A DNA stretch of 64,000 nt, from NCBI RefSeq assembly GCF_036365525.1, contig NC_090382.1:111076372-111140371 (forward strand), written 5' to 3'. Source of the DNA: Heterodontus francisci. Its lineage: Eukaryota. Every line of letters starts with the position of its first letter. Position 1 is the first letter of the stretch. This document shows positions 1 through 10,964 of the stretch, in pieces. A program made the position numbers and the translations under genes. The notes below the pieces were generated by a model. It was not told the DNA's origin. It saw nothing but the letters and a program-made list of their open reading frames with translations, and made no database searches.

Positions 1-545
1 CATCGACTTGGCCACACCTAGAATATTGTGTGCAGTTTTGGTCTCCTTATCTGAGGAAGGAAGTTTTTGCTATAGAGGGAGTGCAACGGAGGTTTACCAG
101 ACTGATTCCTGGGATGGCAGGACTGACGTATGAGGAGAGATTGAGTTGGTTAGGATTATATTCGCTGGAGTTCAGAAGAATGAGGGGGGATCTCATCGAA
201 ACCTATAAAATTCTAAAAGGACTTGACAGGGTAGATGCAGCAAGGATGTTCCCGATGGCAGGGGTCATAGTCTAAGGATACGGGTTAAATCTTTCAGGAC
301 TGAGATGAGGAGAAATTTCTTCACCCAGTGAGTGGTGAGCCTGTGGAATTCACTACCGTAGAAAGCAGTTGAGGCCAAAACATTGCATGTTTTCAAAAAG
401 GAGTTAGTATAGCTCTTGGATCTAAAGGGATCAAAGGGTATGGGTGAAAGCGGGAACGGGCTACTGAGTTGGATGATCAGCCATGATCATAATGAATGGC
501 GGAGCAGGCTCGAAGGGCCGAATGGCCTACTCCTGCTCTTATTTT
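1..545 (+). mobile_element. CR1 LINE 3' fragment (HER1-like), cut by window start
   Basis: ORF 30-275 has QFWSP..EGVQRRFTRLIPG..LYSLEFRRMRGDLIETYK (CR1 ORF2 C-terminus); CR1 3' motif GGGCCGAATGGCCT near 515-528. Confidence 0.92.
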
Positions 546-627
546 CAGTGACTTCACTTTTGTCAGGGCTCCTTGATGCTACGCTTGTTCGAATGCTGCC
601 TTGATGTCAAGGGCAATCATTCTTACT
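546..627 (-). mobile_element. Short RT fragment of a Daphne/Crack-like (CR1/L2 group) LINE
   Basis: Reverse strand translates to MIALDIKAAFEQA*HQGAL; same family as 20225-23680. Confidence 0.6.
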
Positions 628-999
628 CGTGTTGTTCCTACTATGACTGCGAGCCACTGTAATCAAACAATGTTCTTTGGGGGCTAAAGTGCAAATCGAA
701 CAATGTAGCTTGATATTGACTCTGATAGCAATTTTCAGGGCGCATACGAATCATCATGACTTCGCTTTCATTTTTATCGATGTTGTTCCATGTATATTTT
801 ACTATGTTTGGTTATATTTATCCTATCGCCAGTGCTTTTTGTTCGTGTATATTTTGCGACGTGTATGTACAAAGCCTGAAATGAAGGGATTTTGTGAGTA
901 CCTTTACAAAGAATGGTGCTATCACCAAGGGCACATGGGGAATTTCAATTTCAACTCTTGGTGAAGCAAAATAGTTCAAATTCCCTAGACGAGAAATGA

Positions 1000-1031
1000 C
1001 CACACACACACACACACACACAAACAAACAC
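1000..1031. repeat. (CA)n microsatellite
   Basis: Direct inspection. Confidence 0.9.
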
Positions 1032-2291
1032 GCGAACTGTGGACATGAAAACTACCATATAACTTAAATAGAAGCTACTAGCATTATTCGACTCGACATG
1101 CATGGGTCCCTTTTAGACCGTCCTCCGTAGCCTCTGATATCATTGGGGGGGAAAACTGGAGCCAGTGGAACATTCTGCGCTGCATTTCCCTCCTCGATGG
1201 CACTGTAAATCTAAATGAATCTCCGCACTAACTCCTGTCTATAGCTCATAATCAAGTTTATCTCCACCATGTATTCATTTCTTATCCATACTCCCAGTTA
1301 TAAAATAATAGCTCTCCCTAATTAGCGAAGGAAAGGCAAGGTTTAACGGTCGCTACGGCACTCAGTTGCACAGATTTGTTTTGAAAGGTAAGTAACAATT
1401 TGTGGTAATTGAGCGACGGGTTCTTTGATCTTGGAAATACCGAAAATGCACTCGGTGCCAATACAATTGACAGTAGGTCTCTGGCCCAGAGTCTCCTGCA
1501 AGATGTACGAACTGACTACTATGAACTTGTCAGTCTGAACATGAACCAAACAATTCATTTACTAATGACGTACGATGTCTGAAGTTTATCGAGAATGCGA
1601 TTCTGAGTTGTTCAGCTGACGTAAATAATACTAAACTGCCAATGGAATAAACATGCTATCTAGTTATGTTCGGTTATCAGCGAATGAAAACATGCCTGAG
1701 TTGCTTGTTGAAAAAATACTTGAATGCACTTGTTCAGAATGCAAATAGAATCATACTTTGTTAATAATTAATATAGTGCAATAGTAATTGCGGGGGCAGT
1801 GAAATTATTGCATAACATTGAATCGAAATAGTAAAGATATTCGAAAAAATAAATATAAGCTTAAATTATTCTCGAAATATGTATCAAAAGGTTTATTTTA
1901 TACAAATGCTCTAACAGCTTCCAATTTTCATCAGGTGAGCTGCACTTTAAGAAAGACAAGGACGAAATTACATTTATTGTCAATACATCTCAAAGCCCTT
2001 TAAAATTAATGAAGCACATGTAAAGTGTAGACGCTGATATAAAATAGGAAACGTAATACTTATTTAAATTACATTGAAGGATGACAATATGGCGATTAAA
2101 CTTTGACGACCATTGTGACGTGTACGATGTAATTACCAAGAATTTCGGCATTCTGACATTTAAAAATAAGACTGACACGTAAAATGCGATTTTTGTGCTT
2201 GCTTGTTTGGATATTTTTGCTTGTACACCAGTAAATATAACATTTGGTACATTATAAACGATTTCGAAACAGTCCAGCTTTAAGAATATTT

Positions 2292-2337
2292 GCTGCAGTT
2301 ATTGGTGGAAACTCTTCGTGTCGCTGTCTACCAATAA
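2292..2337 (+). promoter_or_regulatory. Clustered-Pcdh promoter conserved sequence element (CSE, CGCT box; putative CTCF site) with flanking CCAAT boxes
   Basis: GTGTCGCTGTCTACCAAT at 2318-2335, CGCT 258 bp upstream of the ATG; identical 18-mer upstream of gene 2; resembles the known Pcdh CSE. Confidence 0.85.
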
Positions 2338-2579
2338 GAAGCCGGTACGCTGCGGGAGATCGACCTCCTCCTCCGTCAGGGAAACGCAGATCAGAATCGA
2401 AGAGGCAGACTGTGCCTGCGTTTATGCTTTGCAGCCATGTTCAGAAAAGCTGTCCAGGCTGGGTCTTTGTATTCTTCGATTTGATATTAGTATTTCCAAT
2501 TGCTCTTGCAAAAGAGAAAAGTCAATATAATCAGTTCTGGGATATTTCAATATTTTGCAGCAAATTCCAGCCCAGAACA

Positions 2580-4964
2580 ATGGCGAATGTACTGATGAGC
2601 CGGGCGTCTTTCATTTTCCTGCTGTGTGTGTCGGACCTGGTTTCGGGACAACTTCACTACTCGATTCCAGAGGAACTGGAACATGGGGCCTTTGTTGGGA
2701 ATATTGCTGAAGACGTGCGATTAAACGTTTGGGAATTACCGACTCGCAAATTTCGGCTGATCTCTGATGACTCGAAACAATACATGGAGGTGAATCTGGA
2801 AAATGGGTTCTTATTTGTTAATGAAAGAATCGACAGAGAGCAGCTTTGTAGACAAAGCTCTATTTGTTCCCTTTATTTTCAGATTGCGCTCGATAGTCCT
2901 TTAGAAATGTATCCCGTTGCAGTGGAGATACTAGATGTAAATGATAATACGCCCAGCTTTCCGAAGAGGGAATTCCACTTGCAAATCAGTGAATTAATTG
3001 CGCCAGGGGCGCGCTTTCCTCTCGAGAGCGCGCGTGATCCGGATGTGGGCACAAACACAATTAGCACTTACCAGATCAGTCCAAACGAGCACTTCGGTAT
3101 CAAAGTGCAAACAAGAAGGGGTGGGAGTAAAAGTGCCGAGCTGTTATTAAAGAAATCCTTGGACCGTGAAAAACAGTCAATGTTTACTCTTCTACTGACA
3201 GCCATCGACAGTGGGATTCCCCACAGATCTGGCACAGCTCAGATTATCATTAACGTGGTGGACGGGAATGATAACGCGCCTATATTCGATCATGAAATCT
3301 ACCGGTCGAAAATAGTAGAAAACGTCGCCAATGGTACGTTAGTGACAAAAATTAATGCTACTGATATGGATGAAGGTACAAACGCTGAACTAACATATTC
3401 TTTCACCAATCACGTTTCCCAAAATATTCGCGAGTTGTTCAAATTGGACCCTGTAACTGGAGAGATCAGAATTCAAGGAGTACTGGATTTTGAGGAATCC
3501 AGTGTTTATGAACTTGACGTACAAGCAGTGGACCATGCTCCACCTGGATTGGCTGCCCATGCCAACGTTGTGGTTGATGTAATTGACATTAATGATAATC
3601 CCCCTGAGTTGCACGTAACCATGGTGGCTAGTGCAGTGCGGGAAGATGCTCCTTCGGGGACTACGATAGCTCTGATCGGCGTAACGGATCCCGATTCTGG
3701 TGAATATGGACAAGTTCAGTGTCAGATTCCAGGGAGTATTCCATTTAAGATCGAAAAATCTTTGAGGAACAACTATAAGCTGGTTACCAATGGTATTTTG
3801 GATCATGAAATGACCCCAATGTACAATATCTCCGTTTCTGCCTGGGACGGAGGATCTCCCCCTCTTTCAACAAGCAATCTTGTCTTGGTTTCGGTAACTG
3901 ATATCAATGACAACGCACCGAGTTTTACACAAACCTCATATAACGTGTATCTGATGGAGAATAATACACCGGGTGCTTCTATATTTGCTGTTAGTGCATT
4001 TGATGCTGATTTGAATCGAAATGGGGAAGTCTCCTATTCTATCCTTGACAATCAGAAGCAAGAAATGCCCACATCAGCTTACGTCACAATTAACTCCAAA
4101 AATGGGAACATTTACGCGCTGCGCAGCTTCAACTATGAACAACAAAAACATTTCCGGATCGAAGTGCAAGCTCATGATTTTGGATCTCCCCCACTGAGCA
4201 GCATTGCTACCGTGAATGTTATTGTCTTGGATCAAAATGACAATGCACCAGTTATTGTTTCACCTTTAACGTGGAACAGTTCAGTATCAGTGGAAATTGT
4301 GTCCCAGTCAACATATCCAGGATACTTGCTCACCAAGGTAATTGCGATTGATGAAGATTCTGGTCAGAACGCAAGGCTTTCCTACCAGCTTTTGGAAGCC
4401 ACTGATCCTAGTCTGTTTACCGTGGGACTTCGCTCTGGGGAAATCAGAGCAACTCGAAGTTTTAGTGACAAAGCAATCATTGCAGAAAGTCTGGTCGTCT
4501 GTGTGAAGGACAATGGTCAGCCAAGCCTCTCCAGTACGGCCACAATCACATTTTCATTCACGCCCAATGTTACTGAGAAATCTTTTGAACGAACTGATAA
4601 ACCCAGACGGTTGGAATATTTTTCAGATCTAAATAGTTATCTAATCATCATTTTAGGATCGACTTCCATTTTGTTTCTTATAACCATAATTTTTCTTGTC
4701 ATCCTAAAGTATAAACAGGACAGAAATACTGAAGACTCTAGCTCTACAGTTTGTTGTTACAGTCAGAAGAATTCTAATGGTGGCTTTAATCGGAGACACG
4801 CAGCAAACGAACCTTTAAATTGTAGTGGGTCTGTTCAGACTGAAGGTTATCGTTACACCGTGTGTCTATCACCACAATCATCCAAGAGTGATTTTTTGTT
4901 TTTAAAGCCCTGTCATCCTACGTTGCCTTTCAATGATGTGAGTGTTCAGGACACGACGCAATAA
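2580..4964 (+). CDS. Clustered protocadherin, variable-exon-type ORF (794 aa; Pcdh10/gamma-C-like), paralogue 1
   Basis: ATG in good context (AACAATGG) aligned with paralogues; signal peptide; QLHYSIPEE EC1 with C-X5-C; six cadherin repeats (DxNDN, LDRE, AxDxG); TM LIIILGSTSILFLITIIFLVIL; tail motif YTVCLSPQSSKSDFLFLKP; no introns. Confidence 0.95.
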   Translation: MANVLMSRASFIFLLCVSDLVSGQLHYSIPEELEHGAFVGNIAEDVRLNVWELPTRKFRLISDDSKQYMEVNLENGFLFVNERIDREQLCRQSSICSLYFQIALDSPLEMYPVAVEILDVNDNTPSFPKREFHLQISELIAPGARFPLESARDPDVGTNTISTYQISPNEHFGIKVQTRRGGSKSAELLLKKSLDREKQSMFTLLLTAIDSGIPHRSGTAQIIINVVDGNDNAPIFDHEIYRSKIVENVANGTLVTKINATDMDEGTNAELTYSFTNHVSQNIRELFKLDPVTGEIRIQGVLDFEESSVYELDVQAVDHAPPGLAAHANVVVDVIDINDNPPELHVTMVASAVREDAPSGTTIALIGVTDPDSGEYGQVQCQIPGSIPFKIEKSLRNNYKLVTNGILDHEMTPMYNISVSAWDGGSPPLSTSNLVLVSVTDINDNAPSFTQTSYNVYLMENNTPGASIFAVSAFDADLNRNGEVSYSILDNQKQEMPTSAYVTINSKNGNIYALRSFNYEQQKHFRIEVQAHDFGSPPLSSIATVNVIVLDQNDNAPVIVSPLTWNSSVSVEIVSQSTYPGYLLTKVIAIDEDSGQNARLSYQLLEATDPSLFTVGLRSGEIRATRSFSDKAIIAESLVVCVKDNGQPSLSSTATITFSFTPNVTEKSFERTDKPRRLEYFSDLNSYLIIILGSTSILFLITIIFLVILKYKQDRNTEDSSSTVCCYSQKNSNGGFNRRHAANEPLNCSGSVQTEGYRYTVCLSPQSSKSDFLFLKPCHPTLPFNDVSVQDTTQ

Positions 4965-5497
4965 ACTAATTTAGGCAACAAATTTCATTCTCTGAGTGGC
5001 AGGTAATGCATGTTAGTGAAGAATTATTTATTATATGTTCAATTGGAGGTCACGTTTAAAGCACAGAATTAGATTTTCATATTGCGAGTAGAAAGTATAA
5101 TTCGCCGAATTACCCATAACAGTTGTCATATTTCCACTCGTTCACTAATAGCTATGCTTGTCCATAAGTATACAGCCTTGATTAGAATATTCTTTGCTTT
5201 AACGTTAGTATACATTTTAAAGTTTTTGTTTGGAATAATGTACCTATAAATACTTAAATGAGATCTTGAACTCAAGCCATATTACGTCCCCTGAAAACCC
5301 ATTCTCCACTATTTTAGTAGAGCCTAAATCCATTTATTTGGAACGGCCTTATATTTCTCCTAGAAGAGCTGAGTGAAAATTCAATTAATATGTTATTACT
5401 GGATCGGTGGCCTGATTTCAGGGCCTGAAAGTCTTCTATCAAACAATGATAATTTATAGAATTTTCTTTGAAGTCTTGTGGATTAACATGTCAACTC

Positions 5498-5920
5498 TGG
5501 CTCATTTTGAAGCACTCTCATCCAATCTGCCCTCTGACTACCGTTTAGTGTGCACGGCCAGCTGTTGCACGCATGGCTCCTTTAAGATTGACGCGCGTAC
5601 GCGCATGTGCACCTCATAAAAGTGACGTTGCTTGTGTGCGACCTTTTTGTTGCCTACGAAGTGTATTCCCATTTGCTTCACAACTGCGCACTCTCAAAGC
5701 TTAGGGGGAGATTTGGTCTCACCTCTGAGTCAGAAGGTTGCAGTTTCAAATAACACTTCAGAAACCTGAGCACAAAATCTAGACTGATACAACAGTGCAG
5801 TGCGAAGGGAGTGTTGCACTGATGGAGGTGCCCTCTTTTGGATGCGACGTTAAACTGAGTTCCTGTCTGCCCTCTCAGGTGGATCAAATATTTCCCAGGG
5901 TACTATTTCAAAGAAGAACA
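5498..5920 (+). mobile_element. tRNA-derived DeuSINE (SacSINE1/AmnSINE-like), interrupted by a MITE
   Basis: tRNA-like head GGCTCA..AGCACTCTC|ACCTCTGAGTCAGAAGGTTG; Deu-domain-like GGAGGTGCC..TTTGGATGCGACGTTAAAC..CTCTCAGGTGGA. Confidence 0.7.
5523..5715. mobile_element. hAT-type MITE inserted in the SINE
   Basis: Degenerate TIRs CAATCTGCCCTCTGA / TTAGGGGGAGATTTG; 8-bp degenerate TSD CTCTCATC / GTCTCACC; SINE resumes on both sides. Confidence 0.6.
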
Positions 5921-6403
5921 ATGTTTGGTGAGGACTAAAATGTACATTGTTGCAGATTCCAGTTTCCCCCCGATGTAGCAGGGAGACTATCAGATAAATA
6001 GGCCCATTGGATATGATGTCTCAAAAAATTATATGCAGGCAGTTTGTGTTCCAGCATTTCTGGAACTAGATTCATATGCTTAGAGGCATCTTACAAGCAG
6101 TGCTCCTCTCTCAGATTAAAATGTCCATGTACTGCAGGTCGACTGAAAGAGCACTACACATGCAGTCTTTTAACATAGCATTTCAATAACATTTCATGAC
6201 GTGCCAAAATCCAAAAGGTGTGAAGCTGCTTCTTTCAGGAAATCGCACGCCATCTCTCTTCGGAGTTAAATTGGTCTCTTGCTCCCCACTTAAGTTACAG
6301 CTTTAACGTTACCAGCAGCTTCTCACTAACAGTGACGATTTATAGAACTAAGCGCAACAGTAAAAATGCACCCTTAGTCCCTTAGACGCCAGTATCCTTC
6401 AGG

Positions 6404-6635
6404 AACCTTTCTTGTTCACCTGCAAGTTCGAGGACGAATTTTAAAATTAAAAAGGAACCGTGAACTTGAGGGTTAGTGACTGAGACACACACACACATAT
6501 ATATATGTGTATATATATTTATATATATGTGTGTGTGTGTTTGTGTGTGCGTGTCTCAGTCACTAACCCTCCAGTTCGCGGTTCCTTTTTGATTTTAAAA
6601 TTCGTCCTCGAACTTGCAGGTGAACAAGAAAGGTT
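6404..6635. repeat. 232-bp palindrome: ~85-bp inverted arms around a (CA)(TA)(TG) microsatellite
   Basis: 6404-6488 is the reverse complement of 6551-6635 with 3 mismatches. Confidence 0.95.
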
Positions 6636-7017
6636 TGTCTCTGACAAACGCATCAAGTTTGCATCCTTATGTCAGTGACTCCCTACTGAGCAACTAAATT
6701 CAAATGTTATCTACCGTCACTCTCGCGAAGCTTATGGTTCAGGTATTTGGCTTTGAGTTCATTTTAACTAATAACAATGGATTTCAGTTAAAATCCACAT
6801 CGTACATATTAAACATAAACATGGCCGATACTGTAACCATTTTGGATGGCAACTGAACTGGCGTTCCTATTAAGCCACCATTGCAAAATAACAGTTCACA
6901 TCTGCACGCCAAGGAGTTTCAGTTCATAGCGTTTGCAGACAATGTGACTGATAGCTGCACCACTAACTTACCAACTGTTTTGTAACTGAAGTTAGATTTT
7001 TCCTCGAGTGCCTTTCT

Positions 7018-7036
7018 CAGGCGCCCTCTGGTATGA
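7018..7036 (-). promoter_or_regulatory. Candidate CTCF site, reverse orientation
   Basis: Minus strand reads ATACCAGAGGGCGCC, close to the CTCF core CCACCAGAGGGCGC. Confidence 0.5.
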
Positions 7037-7229
7037 TTCTGAAATCTTTCAGCAGGCAGAAACTTTACACTTTGACAAGAAGAGGCCGGAATGGAAGAGC
7101 TGTTTTATTTCTCAGATAGCAAGTAAACAAACAGAACAACACTTCATGATTAGACTTATTTTATTTAATCAGTGCAATTTGGCTTCAGCTAATAATCCAA
7201 AACAACGAACACTGCAGACTGCCATATGC

Positions 7230-8840
7230 AATCTCACATGACGTTTGATTGGCCGATGGTAGATAGGCTTTGGAGAGTCAGGAAATAAATCACTCTGAAC
7301 TTCCATAGCCAGCAATAATAATCTGGCTGCTTCAGTTGAACTTCTGGTCAATGATCTGAATATGTTTGTAATGGGGGACCCGGCGATAGAAATTCCATTC
7401 AATATCAAGGAGAGGAGGTTAGGCTCTGTCTTGTTGTAGATGGTCAATGCCTGGACCTTGTGTGACACGAATACAACTTTGATGTCATGTAGAGTGAATC
7501 AAATTTGCTGAAAACTGACATCGGTGATAGTGGGTCTCTCGGGAGAATGCACTACTGGCTGAAGATGGTTAGATATGTAGCAGTCTTGCCGTTTGCCCTC
7601 ACGTGTTGTGTTGACAACGTTGAGGATGGAAATGAGAAAAAAATAGTCTTTCATTTATATAGCGCTTTTCACTACCCCAAGACGTCGCAAAATGCTCAAC
7701 CACCAATGAAGTACTTTTGAAGTGTAGTGAGTTTTAATGGAGGAAACACTGACACCAATTTGTGCACACAAGGTCGCACGGCCAACCATGTGATAACGAC
7801 CAGGGTAAATACTTATAAATCCTCCTTATCGTTTTAATTGCTTAATTGTGCACCACTATTCACGATTGGATGTGGCAAGGTTAATCTGATCTGTTGGCTG
7901 TGGAATTGCTTAGCTCTAGAGCTAAATTATATCGATGCTTAGCATACACATCGTCCTTTTTCAGTTTAATCAGGTCAGTACCTAATTTCCAGGAAGTTTG
8001 CTCCTGCTCCTGTTGTGCTTATGTGCAGTCCATATTGATCCAGTTTAGTAATCTGGCTTGATGGCAATGTAGAAGTGAGAAATCTACCGGGCCACGAGGT
8101 GACAGCTTATGACGGTTTGCAATTTTGCTGATGGCCTAAAATGTCTTATGGGTGCGCAGCTTTGAATTGCTAGATCTGCTCTTAAGACAGGCAGGCAATC
8201 GAACCAAATGATCCACTCGAGCATGCGCTGGCTGAACCTGTGGATGGTCACCTTGCTCAGGATCAGGATCAGACCCACGACAATGTCATGTGATCTGTTT
8301 GTGCTTACACCGCACCAGGTGGCCAAAGATCAGGAGCGTGTGACTAAAGTCCAGCCAGACATTGAGAACAGTCTCTTCAAATATTGGCAGAGGGGCTGCA
8401 ACTTCTCAAACTCCGTGTAGGTCACTAAAATTGCAGCCAACCTCGGAGTCCATTAATCTATTTATAAACCTATTTGGGAGGTCTGTTCCTTTAACACCCT
8501 CAATGGCATATCTCTACTGGAATAGGAAACGAGTCCCGTGCTTCTTGAGTGTTGTGGGAGTTGCACTTACCCAGGTAAATGGAGAGTATTCCATTACATT
8601 CCTCACTTCTCCCTTGTAGATGGTAAACAGGATTTGGGGAGTAAGAAGGTGAGTTACTAGCTGCAGAATGCCCAGCCGTTGATCTGATCTTGAAGCGACA
8701 GTATTTATATGGCTGGTGCAGTTAGGTTTCAGTCAATGATAACCCCCACCCCTCCCCAGATGTTGATGTTAAGAGATTCAGCAACAGTAATCCAATTGAC
8801 TATCAAAGGGAGGTGCGTAGACTTTTTCTGGTTGGAGATA
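7230..8840 (-). mobile_element. Degraded, rearranged fragments of a Daphne/Crack-like LINE
   Basis: Similar to 20225-23680 and 55095-56760 (e.g. GGAGAGTATTCCATTACA = VMEYSP on minus). Confidence 0.55.
7645..7803 (-). mobile_element. DeuSINE 3' tail fragment
   Basis: Reverse complement resembles 41775-41945 (..AAAAGCGCTATATAAATG). Confidence 0.55.
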
Positions 8841-9024
8841 TCACGTTAGCTTCTCAGACAATATTCGAATTGACATGATTACACAAGCCAAAGCAAAGGA
8901 AACGCTCATCTGCTATATGATCTTTATGGATGATTGTGCAGTAGAAGCGTAGATCCAGAAACACATCCTGCTGATTCGTGAAATATTCTCTCAAACATTG
9001 AAGAACTATGGATTCACCACTCAA

Positions 9025-9425
9025 TTATAGAATCACTGAAGGATAAATCATGGTAAGAGACCAGTGGGTCCATCCCGCCTGTAGTGGCTCTTGGTAGAGC
9101 TTTCCAATTCGTCCCACTTTACTGCTCTTTTCCCACATCCCTGTAATTGTGATCCATTGAAGTATTTATCCAATTCCCTTTTGAAAGTTACTGTGGAGTC
9201 TGCCTCCACCATTCCTTCAGATATTCCAGATCACAACAACGCTGCATAAAAAAACTTTCCTCGTGGCATCTTTGATTCTTTTACTGATCAACTTTCATTT
9301 CTATCCTTTGGTTACTGAACCTTCAATCACCCGAGACAGCTTCTCTTTATTTACTCTACAAGCAGGTAATAAATTTGAACATCGCTGTCAAATGACTTCT
9401 TCATCTTCTCTACTTCAGAAAGAAG
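9025..9425 (-). mobile_element. Old CR1 3' fragment
   Basis: Degenerate CR1 3' end; layout parallels other CR1 tails in the window. Confidence 0.6.
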
Positions 9426-10046
9426 AGCCTGTAGGATTCTAGGGGCAGGAATAGCCCATTTAACCCCTTGATCCTGTTCTGCTATTCTTTGAGATCATGG
9501 CTGCTGTGCGAATTAAATCCATGTGCTAGCCTTTGCCCCATTTCTCTTAATATCTTTGGTTAACCTAGATCTATCAATCTCAGATTTAATTTAACAATTG
9601 CTCTAGCATCAATTGCCAATTGTGAAAGAGAGTTCCAAACTTTTACCACACTTTGCATGTAGAAATGTTTCCTAATTTCACTCCTGAAAGGTCTGTCTCT
9701 AATTTTTAGACTATGCTTTGTAGTCATAGATCCCCAACCAGCAGAAATAATATCTATCTTACCTGTCTGTTCCACTTAATATCTTGGAAACTTAAATCAA
9801 ATCACCACTTAGCCTTCTAAATCCCATGGAATACAATTGTAGTTTGTGTATTCTCTCCTCATAATTTAATGCTCGATGTCCAGGTATCATTCTGGTAAAT
9901 GTATACTGCATTCGCTCCATGGCCACTGTATTCTTCCTAAGGTGTGGCACCCAGAATAGTTCACAGTATTGCAGGTGTGGTCTAACCATGGCTTTGTGTA
10001 GCTGAAGCATGACGTCTATCCCCTTGTATTCTAGTCCTCTAGATAT

Positions 10047-10964
10047 TGTTATGACCAGGTGAGAAGGGTCTAGGGGTTCCCTCTCATCCTTTGCTTGGTT
10101 TAACCATAACTCGGTTTAATTAAAAAAACGATACAACGTGCTTTTTGCTCCCCCTTAGTGAATCCTAGTTCACTGCTTTCCAATTGCAAGGCAAAGAAAT
10201 TAATTCAGATAGGTTTTATTAGATTTTAAACAAGAAAGGTGGAAGTTTATTAATCTTAAACTCTACCCAGTTAACGATTATGAATATGCGACATGACCAC
10301 ACTAGCATGCATACGCGATAAACACACACACACACACACACAGACAGAGACAGAAAAGTCGAAAAGAATGAAGGGGAAAGGTTTGAGGCAATAGATGGGT
10401 TTCTATTTACTGTCCTTTGAGTTTGCTGTGAAGTCTCTGGTTGCCAGTCAGACTTATAATTCGTTGGGGCCTAGTACACGCTTCAACTTGTTTTGAGGTC
10501 AGAGTCTTTTCTCTCTCGAGGTTTATGTGTATTCCATGGGTCCAGTGGCTTGGGAGAAAGCGAGTGAGAGGCTTTTTTGCTCCAGGTTCAGTTTCAACTC
10601 CATTCTGCCTTTCTCTGTGGCACAATTAAAATAAAACACAGGTTTCCCATCAGGTTAGTCATGTGACTAGCTGGTTTGACCACTTCTGTTTGTGGATTCT
10701 GCCATTTTAGCAGTCATCCTGGATTGTGAGCTTCCTCACCTTTTATGCATGGCCATCACAGCCCATTTTGGGTTTAGTGGACCAGGGAATAGTACTTTGT
10801 CTCTCCAAGCACTGTCTGTTAGTATGCAAATGTTTTTCCAGCCAAGTGTCCGGTGATCTTTTTTTTCAACAAGTCCTTTCTTCACTCCAGCAACAGATTA
10901 AAATCAATGTTCATATGACAACATTCATATGCCTCATTCTTGGCAGGTGTCGCTCTGCATGACA
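10047..10964 (-). mobile_element. Solo LTR (Gypsy-like)
   Basis: TGTTATG...CATGACA termini, perfect 4-bp TSD ATAT (10043-46, 10965-68), AATAAA on minus; host CR1 resumes across it. Confidence 0.8.

Noticed and set aside
2244-2579. 112-codon N-terminal extension of Pcdh gene 1 in the ORF track
   Set aside because: Starts at TTG, runs through the promoter and CSE, and is not open in the paralogues; the ATG at 2580 precedes the signal peptide
3795-4140. LDHE and FNYE variants of the calcium-binding motifs in gene 1 as signs of decay
   Set aside because: Mild substitutions with the frame, other motifs and promoter intact; insufficient evidence of loss of function
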